Positions 49,364-61,800 of a stretch of DNA of 64,000 nt are shown in pieces. The notes under the pieces are model-generated. The model worked only from the letters and a program-made list of their open reading frames with translations. It did no database searches and was not told the origin of the DNA. Source of the stretch: Octopus sinensis (Eukaryota); contig NW_021831989.1 of NCBI RefSeq assembly GCF_006345805.1, positions 310,001 to 374,000 on the forward strand, in the 5' to 3' direction. Every line of letters begins with the position of its first letter. The stretch's first letter is position 1. The position numbers and the translations under genes were made by a program.

Positions 49364-49934
49364 TTACTTGAATTCAATTTCTGATTCATTCTCTTCACAT
49401 CCTATAATTATATTTAACAATGTGTATATTTACCGTCTACTTGGCATACAAAATTTAATTCTTTTCCACAATTAAACGCATTCCATTTCCCAGAAAACCA
49501 CATATTGATACAATGTTCACCATCCACGTGATTGGGTTCACCAATATCAAAATTTGTATATCCCTACAAAAATGCGAATTCTTTTAAAAGAAACTTGTCT
49601 TTCATGTTTGAGATTGTAGCTAAGCAAATGATATGTTTTTACTCCAATGTAGAACCATTTCTTAAAATTCAAATAAAATGTGCCTCGATAACTTTAAATA
49701 TATATATAACTATATAAAAAATTATTTGTAAGGCAGTCGTTTATTGGTACAAGTTCTCCCCCGATATCAATACATGATTTTTCTGCTTCTTTATAATCCA
49801 TTTTTTGAGTAAAATATACATAGCAATGATCCTTGTAACATTCTACTAAACCTAAAAAATTTTAATTAAAAACAAATTTTCATTCTACCTGAATTTACAT
49901 TTGAGACAAAGAGCATGAAAATAAGAACTATCAT
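49364..49934 (-). CDS. Secreted C-type lectin with an EPN motif (absent from the ORF track)
   Basis: Signal peptide MIVLIFMLFVSNVNS, then CYKDHCYVYF..AEKSCIDIGGELV, WFYIGV, GEPNHVDGEHC and GKWNAFNC..LNFVCQ; four introns of 27-37 nt. Confidence 0.85.
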
Positions 49935-50804
49935 TTTTTATTATACTACGCTACGTAATTTATACTTTTAAAACTAAATTGGCAGATGTTTCTACAGATG
50001 TGAAACTAATTAATTTTTATTTTAATAAAGGCGCCAGACACGTTGGTTTTATAAGATTTTTTAATACTTAGATGTGACCCTTTCTGATCTTATTTATTAA
50101 TAAAATCAACAATAAAAACCATTAATTTTTTCTTAAAATTAAATTGAGCCACAGTAAATGAATTTTTAGTGTTATAAAAATTTCGGAAAATATTTTTTCT
50201 ATCATATATTATAAGTCCTAACCTTAAAAGTGTATTTTAAAAGCCTGGTTTAGAATTTCAATATTTTATATACTGGCAGAGTTTATTCAAAGATCGTATT
50301 GATGCTGGTTATGAACTCATCCTGCACTTTAATGAGGGTTTTGAGTGTTGATTCATTTATATAAAAGTAACCAATTTTGGTGTTCCGGGGTCTTTAGATT
50401 CTCAGATGTTTATATGAAAATAGGAAACAATTTATTTAGTGGCATAGCTAAATATGCTATCTACAAAAGTAAATGCACGCAAATTGCTAACTAACACTTA
50501 ATTACTTAAAGGCTAACTAACAACATGTCGTTATCACAAAATTCTATTTGCACTGCATTTAAAATATACAATCGTGCATGTCAGGCTATCTCAGGAAGAA
50601 TAAAAACGTTGCAATTGGCATTCGAGCATCTACCAATCCATAAGTTCTCGATAAATTTTACTTAAATCTCATAAGAAATCTCAAAAAACATGTCTATCAA
50701 GCCTGGTTCAATTTTGTATTTCCCTAAATCTATTACTATGTAATCAACATTTTATAACGACTTTGATTAAACAAAAAATACTCATACGTAAATGTGTCTA
50801 AATA

Positions 50805-53011
50805 CAGTGAATCCTCGCAATTGGCCATTTTTGGTACATAGAGATTTTATGGCCAATTGAGAAAATGGCCAATTTGAAAAAAATCAATATTAAAAAATAA
50901 AATAAACATTTTAATTTTATTAAAATAAAATCAATCCTAATTCCTTTTTATTTGCTCTTTTTACATTTTCTTTGTATTTTCTTATTGCAGTAATCAGCGA
51001 AACATCATCTCATTTCTGCATTACAGTAAAGTTTTCTGCATTACAGTAAGATATTAAGGAATCATTCAAAAAACCACCTAAAAATTGGTTTCCAATTAAT
51101 ACCTTTAGACTCTACAGTACCGCTCAAATGTTTCGGACCACCCTATTTTTCTCAATTTCCAAGTCAATCCTAAATATTTTTATACGGTTCTTTAGAGAAA
51201 CTTATTAGATAAGCTTAAACACATTTATTCTATTTTAAAAACTTGGACAGATATTCATGTTTGGCGCAATTTTAAAATTATCGATTTTATACTCGATCAT
51301 ATTTCCGGACCAGTTTAAAAAAAACCGAAAATTTATTAAACTTATAAAAAGTTAATAATTAATATTTCCTCCGTTGTTCGTTATAACAGCATTTATTCGC
51401 TCTGGAAGTGAATTGTATAATTTTTCAATGTACGAATTATCAATCTCGTACCAAATTTTTTGGTCAAATTCCAGAGCTCTGGAAGATCTTTTGGTTCCAG
51501 ATCATAAAGTTTTTGTTTTAGTACCGACCACATATTTTCAATAATATTCAGTTCGGGTGACTGGCTCGGCCAAGTTTCTAAGATTTTTATTTGTTTCCTT
51601 TGAAAAAAATTCATTGTCGACATGGACCGATGGGAAGGAGCGCCGTCTTGCTGGAGATACATGGTCTCATCATAAAAATTTTCGAGTCCAACATTTATAA
51701 TTCTCTGATACTCTGCGGAATCAACATTTTTAATGCATAAGACAATGTTTCTCCATCCATTTGCAGCAATAGCTCCCCAGACCATAATGCTAGGAGAAAA
51801 TTTTCGTGTTTTTAAACAATATTTTGAGTCAAATCTAGAGTTTGGTGGCCTTCTAACATAATTTTTTGTGTTTGAATGCAAATTTATTTTGCATTCATCA
51901 CTAAAAATAATTTTACCCCAATCATTTTGGCTCCAAGTTAATTTCTCAATGCACCAATTTTTTCTAGCCTTTTTATGGCATATGGAAAGACTTGGTTTTG
52001 GGCATTGCTTTCGCCCATTCAAATTATTTCTTTGTAGGCATCTTTTAATTGTATTTGTGCTTACAATAGAATTTAATTTCATATCAAATTTAATTTGATT
52101 TGCCGTTTTTGTGGGGTCTGCTTTCGAAATTCTCACTAATTTGCGTTCAGATCTTGGGGATAACAATCTCGGTCGACCAGATTTGGGTCTGTCGGAATAT
52201 AGTCCAACGGATGAATATCTGGAAATTGTTCTTTGAACAGCAGTTTTGGATATTTTTAATTTTTCGGCAATTTCTCTTTGTGAAGCTCCATCTTTAAAAA
52301 AAGTGATGATAGCGACCCGATCAACCAGTGAAACACGCGGCATTTGTTATTTATTAGTCTTTTGTTTTTAATTGAATCAAAAATTATTTAAATTTAAAGA
52401 GATTTAACTGGTTCGAAACATATGATTGCAACTGGTCCGGAACATATGATCGAGTCAAAAATCAATTATATTCAATTGGCGCCAAACAAAATATATTTAA
52501 AGAAAATTTTAGAATAGAATAAATGTATTTAAGCTTATCTAATAAGTTTCTCTAAAAACCGTATAAAAATAATTTAGGATTGACTTGGAAATTGAAAAAT
52601 AGGGTGGTCCGAAACATTTGAGCGGTACTGTATTGTATCCATCCATTCGATCAATTTTTCTTCAAGCGTAGGAAATTTTGGTTTGTGAGCAGCTTTATAC
52701 GAAATTTTTGATAGATTTCGAATCCCGTAAAATAGAGTCTTTATTAAGCATTAATTATTGATCGTCTTTCTCGAGATCGTCTTGTGGAATAAATGTGAGA
52801 ATCTGTCAGCCAGAAGCTGACACGAAACACTGTCATTTTTTCCTTTGTAGTTTATAATTTGTGGTGTTTTTTCAAAAAAGTGAGCCGAGTATACGTCCAC
52901 GAGAAATTTTATAAGACATGTGATTAAAAAAATAGTTTATTTTCTAATTAAAAAAAATAATAATTTAAAAATTGGCCAATTTGCGAGGTGGCCAATTTGC
53001 GAGGATTCACA
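50805..53011. mobile_element. pogo-like non-autonomous element hosting the Tc1 insertion
   Basis: Left TIR TA|CAGTGAATCCTCGCAATTGGCCA; right end TGGCCAATTTGCGAGGATTCAC (slightly degenerate). Confidence 0.8.
51115..52630 (-). mobile_element. Full-length Tc1 element with long IR/DR-type TIRs and a near-intact DD35E transposase (52343 to 51352)
   Basis: About 200-bp TIRs starting CAGTACCGCTCAAATGTTTCGGACCACCC, TA TSD; paired-like HTH, GRPR, FSDE, QQDGA and IENMW. Restoring one A in the run at 51456-51461 gives the canonical tail IWYEI...LPERINAVITNNGGNINY*. Confidence 0.97.
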
Positions 53012-53655
53012 TAGAAAACATGAATGTAAACGCAGCCGTAAGGATCTCCTAGTAGACTCGCGACCATAAAGAGGATTAGAAACTAGCGGAAGCCACAGAT
53101 TGTAGACTTCGGACTGAATAAAATTTTCTGTAAACTGAAAAACTCGATTATGTGAGAAAAGTGAGATATATCGGGAATCTTCACAAAATAAGCAAAAATA
53201 CATAGCCAAATTGGACATATCGACCAAACCTATTATGCATAAAAGTCACATACTCAATAAAAAATAACTTCTCACGTGATTGGAGCTAAAGCCCTAAAAA
53301 TTGTGGAACTACGAGATTTGCGTTTTGTCTAAAAAACCAAAGTTGTTGAGACTAAAAGTATAAGTATAAAAGTTTAGCAATCCAGTGTCGTAAGATTAGA
53401 AACACGGACAAAAATAGGAAAAAAACTTCAAAAATTAAAAAAATATTAGCAGAATTTGAAAAATGAAAATTATAGCAATGATATAATTGACTCAAACTCA
53501 TAATGAGAAAATACACACAATAACAATCTGTGGCAGCATTGCTCAAATGATTATTGACCAATGAATCAAGCGAATTAAAGAATCTAGACAAAAATTCGTA
53601 AAATAAGTAGTTAAAAAAAATTGAGTATTATTTAAAAATAAAATGATATTAGTAT

Positions 53656-56130
53656 TTAGTCTTTAAAAAAAACATTTAAAAATATAATTTGTAAATCATC
53701 ATATGAGTATTTGAAATATTTTTGCATGCTTTTAGAGAAACAAAGTGCTTCGAAATGTGAGACAATATCCGAATGCTTATCACTAACCTGAATGAGAGTT
53801 TTTTTAAAAATATCTTCACGAAATTTCTGATTTGTAATTGAAAATTCAGAATATTTATTAACAGTTTTTTGAAATTCTTTATTGAACTTCTACAAAAATT
53901 CAATAATTAAATAAAACTTTAAACATGTTTTTGATTATTTTTTTATGCCAGAATTTTGGCTAATTTAAATTAAAAATAAATTACAGGATATTTAAAACTG
54001 TAATTTGACGAAAACTTTCTAAAAGGTTCCATCCACCTCAAAAACATAAAATACAATTCTTTACAATTTAAGATAATTTGTCATAGAACGTTCGATTTGA
54101 AATTTAATCGAATCTGTTATTTTTGCCAGTACACAAAGTTCTTCATCACTAGATATAAATATAGCTCTTTTTACATAAGATCATTACACATTTCAATTTT
54201 TCGGAGAGTTTCGAGAATATGAAGATAGTTATTAATAAAATAAATATTTTTGACTCCCTGATCGTTATATCTTACAGCATTTGCATTTATATTCCATTTC
54301 AGACTTGGGATAAATATTCTCGCTAACTCAAGATATTAGTTTGATTAGCAAAAACCGATAAAAAAATAAAAATTCGAAATATAAGGAATATCTACAAGTG
54401 GTTCGTCGTTTACTTGATCGATATAAGTTCTATAATTTGAATATGTTTATTGGAAATACTGCATTTCACTATTCAATTCGACATTTTGGAATGCTTGTTG
54501 AACTATATTTTTGTATTTGAAAAGTGTATTTAACAAAATCGTAGACTATAAAATTTTAACCATAATTAAAACAGTTCCTGTAACATTGCTGACTGTTCCA
54601 TCTGATGGAATACATTTAGCTTTGTGTTCACATTTCTACAAGATAATATCTAAAAATTTACTATTATGTATGCTACAAAATTTGATAAATTTTGAACCAA
54701 CTAAGAATTTTTTTAGAAATTAGTTACAGAAATTTCCATATTCTTGTATAGTTGTGTGAATAGAACCTTTGTTTTGTCGCAAACAAACTTGTTTTATTAA
54801 AACATTAAAATACTTGTAATAATTCGTCATATGATGGCAAAACTTCGTCAAGATAATCCATAACATACAGAAGTTTTTTTAGTGGGGCTATGTATAAAAT
54901 ATTGTTGTTGTCAAGAGCAGCATCTATTAACAACTTTAAAAATGTTATTGTTGACAAATACTTGTCCATTGTCACAAATTTGTCCAATAAAAAAGAAACT
55001 TAATTCATTTTGACAAATATGAGCATAATCCGATGGAAAAATTATTTTTATAGCATCGAACTCGGTTGTCAGAACCAGCTTTGAATTATAAATAAAAAAA
55101 ATTAGTTCGTCAGATTCGATAAAATATTTATTGTATTTTGATTTTTCTATTTTAAATATAGAAATATATTTACTTCTTTTAATTGATTTATCTCTGATAG
55201 ATTGAACACTAAAATTTATGGAAAATGTCTTTCTTGAAATACTTTTAATATTCGCATTCTATAATTATTAGACTAATTGTACATCAATAGATCCACTCTT
55301 GTTGACCCTAAAAGAAAAATAAAAGCATTACTTTTGAATCGGAATTAGACAGTTAAAAACAATTTTTCGATTGTTATTATATAAATCGCACAAATCTTTG
55401 AGTTTATCTTGAAATTCATTTGGGATAATATTGACAATATTTTGTAAAAAACAAATTACATCTGGCATCATGTGGTATTTTACTGGAATTTTTTTCTTTT
55501 CTTCTATTACAATACAAGTGACCACAATTGTAAGCTAACCAACATCTTCCATTGAATTAATAAGAGCTGATTTAGGAAGACAGTCTTGTTTTGATAAAGT
55601 ACTATGAAACTTAATTTCTAATTTGTTCAGCATTTTGTCTAAAACTAATTTCTGTTAAAAACATTCAATTTAAATATAAACCATTGTTGCTAAATCTTTA
55701 GAATTTGGACGATTTATTTTCAAAAAATTGACAGTATCTACTATTTTAGGAAGGAATAAAGCAGTCTCTTTAAACGAATTAATCCTAAAATTATTTTTTG
55801 ACATTTTATCACTTTTTAGATTCGTTCAAAATTTTATAATGAAATAAAATTTCGTCAATTTGTTCAATTGATTGATTAAACTCTTTAAATATAATTTAAA
55901 AATGTGAACTATTTTTAGCTTCTTTAATTGAGTTCAAAGTTTCATAAAAAGGTGCTAATTTTGTGAAAATTGTATCAAAATTATATTTTAATGAACTAGA
56001 AATCTCTTCATATCTATCAAAGGTTTCGTCAGATTGTTTTATCGTTGTTTTCAAAATTGCTAAATTTTCTTTATTCTGGAATTTAATTAAGTTAGTGAAA
56101 CTTTACCATCATGTAATTAGAAAAAGCCAT
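53656..56130 (-). CDS. EXOC7: Exocyst complex component 7 (Exo70)
   Basis: IPSDGTVSNVT (cf. PKDGTVHELT), AVRYNDQGVKNIYFINNYLHIL (cf. KVYEDPALSAIFLHNNYNYIL), KFNKEF and FSKSMQKYFKY; many mini-introns. The start codon is tentative. Confidence 0.8.
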
Positions 56131-56419
56131 CTGCAAAATAATTTGATGATTTTGAATTTGGAGATTTTTATTATTTTTAAGAAAAAATAATATTTTTTAA
56201 AATAAAGAAAAAAAGATTATATATTTTTTAATAAAAAATTCTTAAATTTCCAAGTATTTTCACAAAAATAAGTTTTGAAAACATATTGACACAAATATTA
56301 AAATTTTTAAAATTTACTGGATAGTTCTTTCCATGACGACTTAAGTTTCTTATTAATAAAAGGTTAAAAAAGTCAGTTTAATAATTATATTGAGTATTCT
56401 TACAAAAAATTAGTTAGCA

Positions 56420-57010
56420 ACTCCGAACTTTTTTAAATGCAGAAAGCCAGCGGCTATTCAGCAGCGCACAGCTTGGGCAGGTTGCTGCCAGAGATCTCAA
56501 AGCTTTGCAGGTTGTGATAGTCTCCGGATGCTCTTGTGAAAATAAAATCATGTATTAATGCTGATCATTTTTGTCCTCCGTTTTTAAAGTAGATTTTCAA
56601 TAAAATTCTTTCCAGATCAGCACAGGTAGCACTTATTTTCATTTTGTTGGCGGATTTACAATTGCAAATATTATTGCGTATGAGAGTAGTAACATATACT
56701 TGGTGAATAGCGCGTCACTTAAATGAAGATTAAAGGGAGCTGACGGTAGTACTAAGACTTGCGGAACTCCATTTAACATGTATCGAGAGCTGTACTTGTT
56801 TCGATACCTAATTTGAAACAGCACAAAATTTTGAGCAGAAGGAAAAAGGAATGTATATGTTTACCAGGGTGTACGGAAGCACATCTATATACACTCTGAT
56901 AAATGTAGATTCACAATGAATGTATTGGTTTGTAGAGAACGAAAAGTAGCTGTTGAGTCCAGAACGGAACTGAATTTTTAAAGAGAGTGAAGACGCTTCC
57001 GCCAACATTG
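56420..57010 (-). mobile_element. Degraded LINE remnant (APE and RT pieces)
   Basis: VNIYIP (APE-like), NGVPQVLVL..FN and a degenerate YADD region. Confidence 0.55.
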
Positions 57011-57134
57011 CCATTAGGTTGATTAGCTTTAAAAGCTAATTATTTTCTGAATTTAAAAAAATCAATGAGGGGAGTTAACTTCGATTCGAAATCGAAGATC
57101 GAAAATCAAAATCGAAGTGTAAAAAAATAAAAGA

Positions 57135-57206
57135 GCCCTTGTAGCTCAGTGGTAGAGCACTGGTCTCGTAAACCAGGGGTCGAGGGTTCGACTCCCTCCG
57201 GGGGCT
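57135..57206 (+). tRNA. tRNA-Thr (anticodon CGT)
   Basis: GCCCTTGTAGCTCAGTGGTAGAGCA-CTGGT-CTCGTAA-ACCAG-...GGTTCGACTCC; cloverleaf. Confidence 0.96.
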
Positions 57207-57264
57207 TACTTTCTTTGATATAAATAACTTTTAAGATATATTTAGTTCTTTTTTGTTCTGCTTA

Positions 57265-58430
57265 TTTTTTTATTTTTCGAAAAAAATGAAAGATAAAAAC
57301 ACAGACAGAAATATTGAACTGAATTGAACTGCCTTTGCATAAGATGGCCTTGCTGTTTCCCCGGACGATCGCCAACGAGACTCTTTGGAGAAGATTTAGT
57401 TCTTTCTTTTCAACATGAGCCCTGGAAGTCGCCGGAATCTCCTCCCTGCTTGAACCCTCTGGGATCGATCGGGGGGGGGGCGGAAAAAGGCCTGACGGGA
57501 TAACCGTGTTTTCTTTCAACAGGGGGAAGCCTCTCACCTGGGATGCCACGTGTGTGGACGCTTTCTCGCCTCAGAACCTGCTGATGTCCGCCTCCGCTCC
57601 TGGATCCATTGTCACAACCGCGGAATGCAAAAAGATGCGGAAGTACTCCTCACTTACGGAGAAGTTCCAATTCCTTCCATTCGCGGTTGAGACTTCTGGT
57701 TCCTTGGGCAGTAAGGCAATTAGCTTCGTTCAAGAGATCGGGTCCCGCATGTCTGCTATCACAGGCGACGCCCGCGAATCGAGATGGTTTTTCGAGCGGA
57801 TATCCCTTGCGATAGTACGCTCTAATTCTTTCTCGATCGCGTCGGCTTCCCGCCCATGAAGCTTTTAATTAATTAACTTGTAATTAAATACTTGTTCCCT
57901 TCAACATAATGAACTGGTGTTTTTAATATATCGCTAAAATATGGAACAAACAACCGTAGGGAGACGAGTTGACTCTTTCAGCAAATCTCGGACGCTGTGC
58001 TCCGCGGAAACTCCCATTCAATACGCAGTGCGGCGTCGTTGAGCTCATCCTCAGGCTCTCGACTATTCTTAAGTTATTTACTTTTTCTATTTTCTTCAAA
58101 GATACAAATGAAAAAGGGAAAATCCATTATCATTTCAATAATTAATTCAGACATACCGGTGAACTGATTGACATAAAATTTCTCCCAAGGATTTCGTAAG
58201 ATATTTTTTCGAATAGCCAGTTCGTCTCATAACGTTAAATGTCTTATAGAAGATTTTTCCACCGATCTCCGAAAGAAGCCCACGTGCACGCTTACCAATG
58301 ATACTACCTGTCTCAAAGCGAAGGGAGGCAAAACTGACCGACTCCAAGAGAGAAGCATATTTTTATCTTAAAATCCTTTAGCATTTCAAATCCTTTAGCT
58401 CTCGGAGCAGCTCGATCGTGTCCCATACAA
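57265..58430. mobile_element. Cluster of four diverged CRE-clade 3' fragments (orientations -, +, +, -)
   Basis: LLQRVSLAIVRGNS (57265-57412, minus); RPDG..GKPLTWDATC..FFERISLAIVRSNS (57413-57895, plus); LFQQISDAVLRGNS (57950-58090, plus); FETGSIIG..WLFEKIS (58140-58430, minus). Confidence 0.85.
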
Positions 58431-59281
58431 GCGACTTCTCAGAATATAAATAAAAATAATTATTTAGTCACAAAGTTTCCCTCGGAGTATTCTAAAATAA
58501 TTGTGATTATAATAGTCTTCTCTATTGCATGAAATAGATAACTCAATTTTTAAAGACAGACCAAAAGAGTATCACTTTCCACACTCAATATTCAAATAAC
58601 CTGCATCATAATTCAATATCCAAAAACGGTTAAAGTTCATATTCTTTTTATCGTATCTTTATTGTCTATTTTTGATCTTTATCATTAAATCTTAGTGCAT
58701 TTAGTTCTTTGTAAAATATCAATTTTAGAAATTGTTAATTTATACAAGTTATTGTACTTTATGTGATGACGAGTTTCGCTGTCAGAACATTTTATATTTC
58801 AAAATCTGCTACAAACATAACAAGAAACGACTATTTTTAAATTGCGCAAGTTACAAATTTGGATTTATTTCAAAAAAACCAATGAAAAATGTAAAGCTTT
58901 TCACACTCTTTGATTAATTCTTGGAAATCCTAGTCATTATGAGGATAATCTTTGAGTAATATTGGTCGATTTAAATTAGAAAAATCAAATATAGCGTGTA
59001 ATTTAAACTTTAATATGGTTCATTGGTCAATAATTAATAACAATGGAATGACGAAAACACCCTGTTCGCATGACAACAAAAATAATATAATTTTTATATC
59101 TTCAAAATATTGATAATTAATATTATAGCAAAACTATATTTAAGAAATTCTGTATCATTTATTATTTCGTGATAAATTAAAATTTTTAATCTTGGAATAA
59201 AATAATGACGTCACGGCGTTATAAAAGCATGATTATAAATGAAATTATGCGGTTTGAACTGCGCTTTGAACCTTTCCATCA

Positions 59282-59976
59282 ATGTCTATTCAGTCATTGT
59301 ATATTCCACCACGTACACGGGCATTTCCAGATTTTTGTCACAAAGAACAATATGTGGCCAAAAAAGGCGTTTTAATGAATTCAATGACCGATGCCTTGAA
59401 AAAATATTCAAAAATAAAAAACGAAAATAAACTAGATTGGCTCTATCCACCGATCGACTGGTGCTACAGATCCGACAAGTTTATTCCCCCAAATCGTCTT
59501 GCGTTCACTGCAAATCGTGGAAGAGAAACAGAATATTTAAACACATGGAATCAAGAGCGAGCTAAATTGATGAAACGGCGAGAATTCAACCGTTTGACTT
59601 CTGCAACAAAAAAACCGATTTATGGCACAAAAAGCGAAAAAGAAGCCTACAGAAAGAACATTCGTGAAATTCTGATTTACCAGATGAAGGACAAAGATGC
59701 TGACAGAAAAATATTCCGCAAAAACCTGGCAAACGAATTTACCGAGATAATGGCAAAGGATATCATTTCCAGAGAAAATGAATCAAAATTGGTTCAAGAA
59801 AAGACGATTTATCTCAAAAAGTTCAGAGATGCAAATAAAAAAGTAGTTTTTTGTATGAAATTTAGATGATGGAAGAAAAGTGGGCACAGGCGAAAGAGAC
59901 GAGGTGGAGGGATATTTTGTTGGAGAGAGATATGCTCAAACTTGACCCCATCAATTGGAGTCATACTCTTACTTAA
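59282..59976 (+). CDS. Uncharacterised protein, about 220 aa
   Basis: 195-codon open exon, a 23-nt intron (GTAGTT...TTTAG), and a last exon MMEEKW...LERDMLKLDPINWSHTLT*; helical, charged composition. Confidence 0.8.
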
Positions 59977-60087
59977 TTTATATTATGATAACTAATTAGT
60001 AACAATAATTCATAAGAATGATTATTATTTAAATATTTTATATTTGAAATTAATTATTATATTAATAGTGGTCTTGTGGGTATTAGA

Positions 60088-60568
60088 ATGGATTCTTTTG
60101 ACCAAGATGTTCTCCCCGATTTATCATCGGAATCCGAAAAAGAAAATAATTTGAATCCAGAGGAAGAAAAAACACCAATTCCTAAATCCACAGAATCCAA
60201 GGATAAGAAAATTAGTAAGCCAAGAGCCAGACCTTCTAAATTAGATACAAACAGGTGAATTAATCATTAGCACTTATATTATAGACTACTAAGTCCAAAG
60301 GGAATCCCAAGTTTACTCAAAATAATGAACAACTTTAAATTTAGTCAAAATGAGTCAAACATTGAGTCTGAATTATCTCGATTTATGAACAAAATTGAAA
60401 TGTGGGCACATTTTATGTGTCCTTCGATGACATTGGACGAAATTATACTCCGGTGTGAGAATCTTGGACATAAACGGGAAATTCAAGTTGCTGGAAATTA
60501 ATTTTTGTTAGTCTTTTATGGAAAGACTCAGAAATGGATTTGATGTTGATGATTTATTAAAAGAATGA
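60088..60568 (+). CDS. TIPIN: TIMELESS-interacting protein (Swi3/Csm3 family)
   Basis: KLDTNRLLSPKGIPSL...EMWAHFMCP....I.RCENLGHKREIQ matches the Swi3 domain; 30- and 25-nt introns. Confidence 0.88.
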
Positions 60569-61399
60569 TTTATGTATGTTATAAAAAGCCTACTTTTTTG
60601 TGTTGAATTAAATTAATGAAATTTTTTAATTAATTTATAAAGGTACTATGCGGATTTAAATAATTTAATTATCAAAATAATTTAATAAATATTTCAAATG
60701 TTGCAACCTAGTGAGTGATTTCGGTTTTTAAATGCTTGAATTTGCATTCAATTTATCTGTTATTTTAGTCCACATATGTTATTAGTGTATAATTTAGCGA
60801 GAAAAAAAATAATCAAAAAAATTATTTAATTATTGTGTGTAAAGTTTTTTTGGAGGAAAAAAAGCCACTAGAAAAAGCGAAGTTTGTGTTCAACTCGCTT
60901 ACTTGTCTTCTCCAGAGAAATTCTAAAAAAATTGTTTTAATTGTTTCTACCAGCAGAGTATGATCCCATAAAGTGGCGCGTGTATATACAGAATTAGACA
61001 ACAAAAACGCGTGCACGTTTTTTATGAGCTTGATTTGATCATATAACGATTGATATTTTTGTGATTCTAAATTCGTAGAATATCTAAATCATTAAATACA
61101 ACATTTGAACTTAAGCGTCTAATCAAAACCCATAAATTTATTTCAAAAATTACTAAATGGCAAACAACCAAAACAAATCCCGAAACCCAAAATAAAAGCG
61201 ATACAGTAGAGGGAAAGACGACTTTCCACAAAGTTTGAGGTAGCTCGGAATGTAATGAATAATTAATATTAATTGCTTGATTAGTTGTAATTATTAAGGT
61301 TAATTAATTATAACCCTTAGTTCATATGTTTCGTTTGAATAATAATTTTTCAAAAGTAACATTTTCCCAATAAATTTACGTATCTTCTCTCTGTGTTTC

Positions 61400-61800
61400 C
61401 GACTCATCTTCTCATTGGACAAGAATCCATGGTTCTGGGATTTTGCCAGCATGGAACACAGAACCCGTCGTTCTTACAAGCGTTTCGAAAGCAGTTTGCT
61501 TTATAAGCCCTTCAGTGAAACTAGAGATAGACTTTGCAGCTTTTCGCTGTAGGTTCGAGATCTTTTTCAGATTTGTTGGGGCAAGATATGATCCCCAGGC
61601 ACCACAAGCATAACCAATTGGAGGCTCCACATATTTTTTATATATAGTGTTTAACCAGAGTTGTATTTTTATGCATGAACTAAGAAAAACCTTTAAAAAG
61701 TTTAATCCCCTGGATAGTTCAGTTGTGAGACTGTCAATATGCTTAGAGAATGAGAATTAAGTGTCAAAAGTCACACCAAGTATTTCCTACGTTTTTGTCT
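61400..61800 (-). mobile_element. LINE RT C-terminal remnant
   Basis: GVTFD, YKKYVEPPIGYACGAW and LQRKAAK. Confidence 0.65.

Noticed and set aside
50230-50700. Possible spliced plus-strand gene (WQSLFKDRIDAGYELILHFNE...)
   Set aside because: Some intron-like segments are present, but I could not build a stop-free model or recognise the product.
51450-51465. Programmed -1 frameshift in the Tc1 transposase
   Set aside because: ACC AAA AAA TTT is not an X XXY YYZ slippery site; a homopolymer deletion or read error is simpler.
57077-57118. CTTCGATT-CGA-AATCGAAG hairpin and ATCGAA repeats upstream of tRNA-Thr
   Set aside because: No counterpart upstream of tRNA-Arg; low-complexity origin is sufficient.
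2903-60568. Reassigned stop codons (ciliate-like code) to explain the fragmented ORFs
   Set aside because: The in-frame stops fall inside removable GT-AG mini-introns, and genes end normally at TAA, TAG or TGA.
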